DNA of 63,577 bases, the filler included, from Squatina squatina (Eukaryota), in NCBI GenBank assembly GCA_031763465.1. It is 4 parts of 3 records of this genome, joined end to end, with 100 filler letters (N's around TTAATTAATTAA, not from the genome) between each part and the next. Parts side by side here need not be neighbours in the genome. Positions count along the whole stretch, not along the records: positions 50,878 to 63,577 come from JARFOE010000046.1; 3 more parts are not named here. One strand, given 5' to 3'. This document shows, in pieces, positions 62,840 through 63,577 of the stretch. How positions within the stretch are numbered: position 1 is the stretch's first letter; the number at the start of each line of letters is the position of its first letter. A program made the translations under genes and the position numbers. The notes under the pieces are model-generated. The model worked only from the letters and a program-made list of their open reading frames with translations. It made no database searches and was not told the origin of the DNA.

Positions 62840-63577
62840 CAGCGGAGAAGCAGAGCAGCCGTGGCCTGCAGAGTGGGATCCAAAGCAACGTCCGCTTGGA
62901 GCAGCCGCTCCACCTCCTCCCGTTCCCCACAACGGGAGCAGGGGCACCTTGTCTGTCAGCCAAACACAACAGGGCAGGATATCAAAATCCTTGTTGAGAC
63001 CCAATGAGCCAACTGTGCCAAGTCCTTCAGCGCTGTGCCTAATTATGACACTCCAATGGTGACGGAACTTCATTTTCTCCCAAATGGGCCAAATGGTCCC
63101 CTGTCTGTATGATTCTATGAATTCTAGGCTCAAGGCACTTTATGGAAACCAAGCTGTGAAAGAAATAATAGTGAATATTGGATCTCAGGGCAGCACTGTC
63201 GCAGTAGGCCACTGCTAATGAAGGATGCTTGTCTTCATAATTTATCTTCATTTTAATATCCCGCTAACGCTGCTGACTGCAATGAATCTGAATTAGTTGA
63301 ACTCAAGGAGGACCAGTTTACTCCGAACCTGTTCGCACCCAAAGAAATGTGTGCTTGGTCAGGAAGGCAGTCATAAACTGCCAGACACTTAGATCAAACA
63401 CGTAGACACCCAACAGATCTTAACTCTAGCCATTTTCTGGATCTTTCCAAAGTGACTTGAGCACCTCAAAGGATGTACTTATCCATTCTCCATTTTGTTT
63501 ACAGATATCTGTTGTTGTTTTTTTTGTGAGTCTTTGTATATTGTTTGTTCTTGGTCTAACTGAAGAGTGTGGGAAGA

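Overview
This is eukaryotic (vertebrate) genomic DNA from a highly fragmented draft assembly. The repeat content (CR1 and L2 LINE fragments, Deu-domain SacSINE1-like SINEs, Penelope-type termini) points to a cartilaginous fish; that is an inference from repeat types. The window is four unrelated scaffolds joined by artificial N44-TTAATTAATTAA-N44 linkers at 17856-17955, 30319-30418 and 50778-50877. Each scaffold is broken by many placeholder N gaps, so most exons are missing and distances are not real. Recognisable spliced exons: scaffold 1, DGKH (-) head-to-head with VWA8 (+); scaffold 2, MACROH2A1 (-), including part of the macroH2A1.2-type alternative exon; scaffold 3, ALG10 (+) convergent with CPNE8 (-); scaffold 4, a UGT lacking the usual exon1/exon2 intron (UGT5-like, -), one exon of an unidentified WD40 gene (-), and RGS14-like RGS and GoLoco exons (+). 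I see no CRISPR array, operon or clear new multi-gene system. The best leads are the intronless UGT5-like gene, degenerate minimal hammerhead ribozyme motifs in Penelope-type repeats, a diverse set of Harbinger-like MITEs with 3-bp TSDs plus a decayed Myb/SANT exon, the macroH2A1.2-type exon, and an unexplained break in ALG10 homology. Gene names come from recalled protein sequences, not from a database search.
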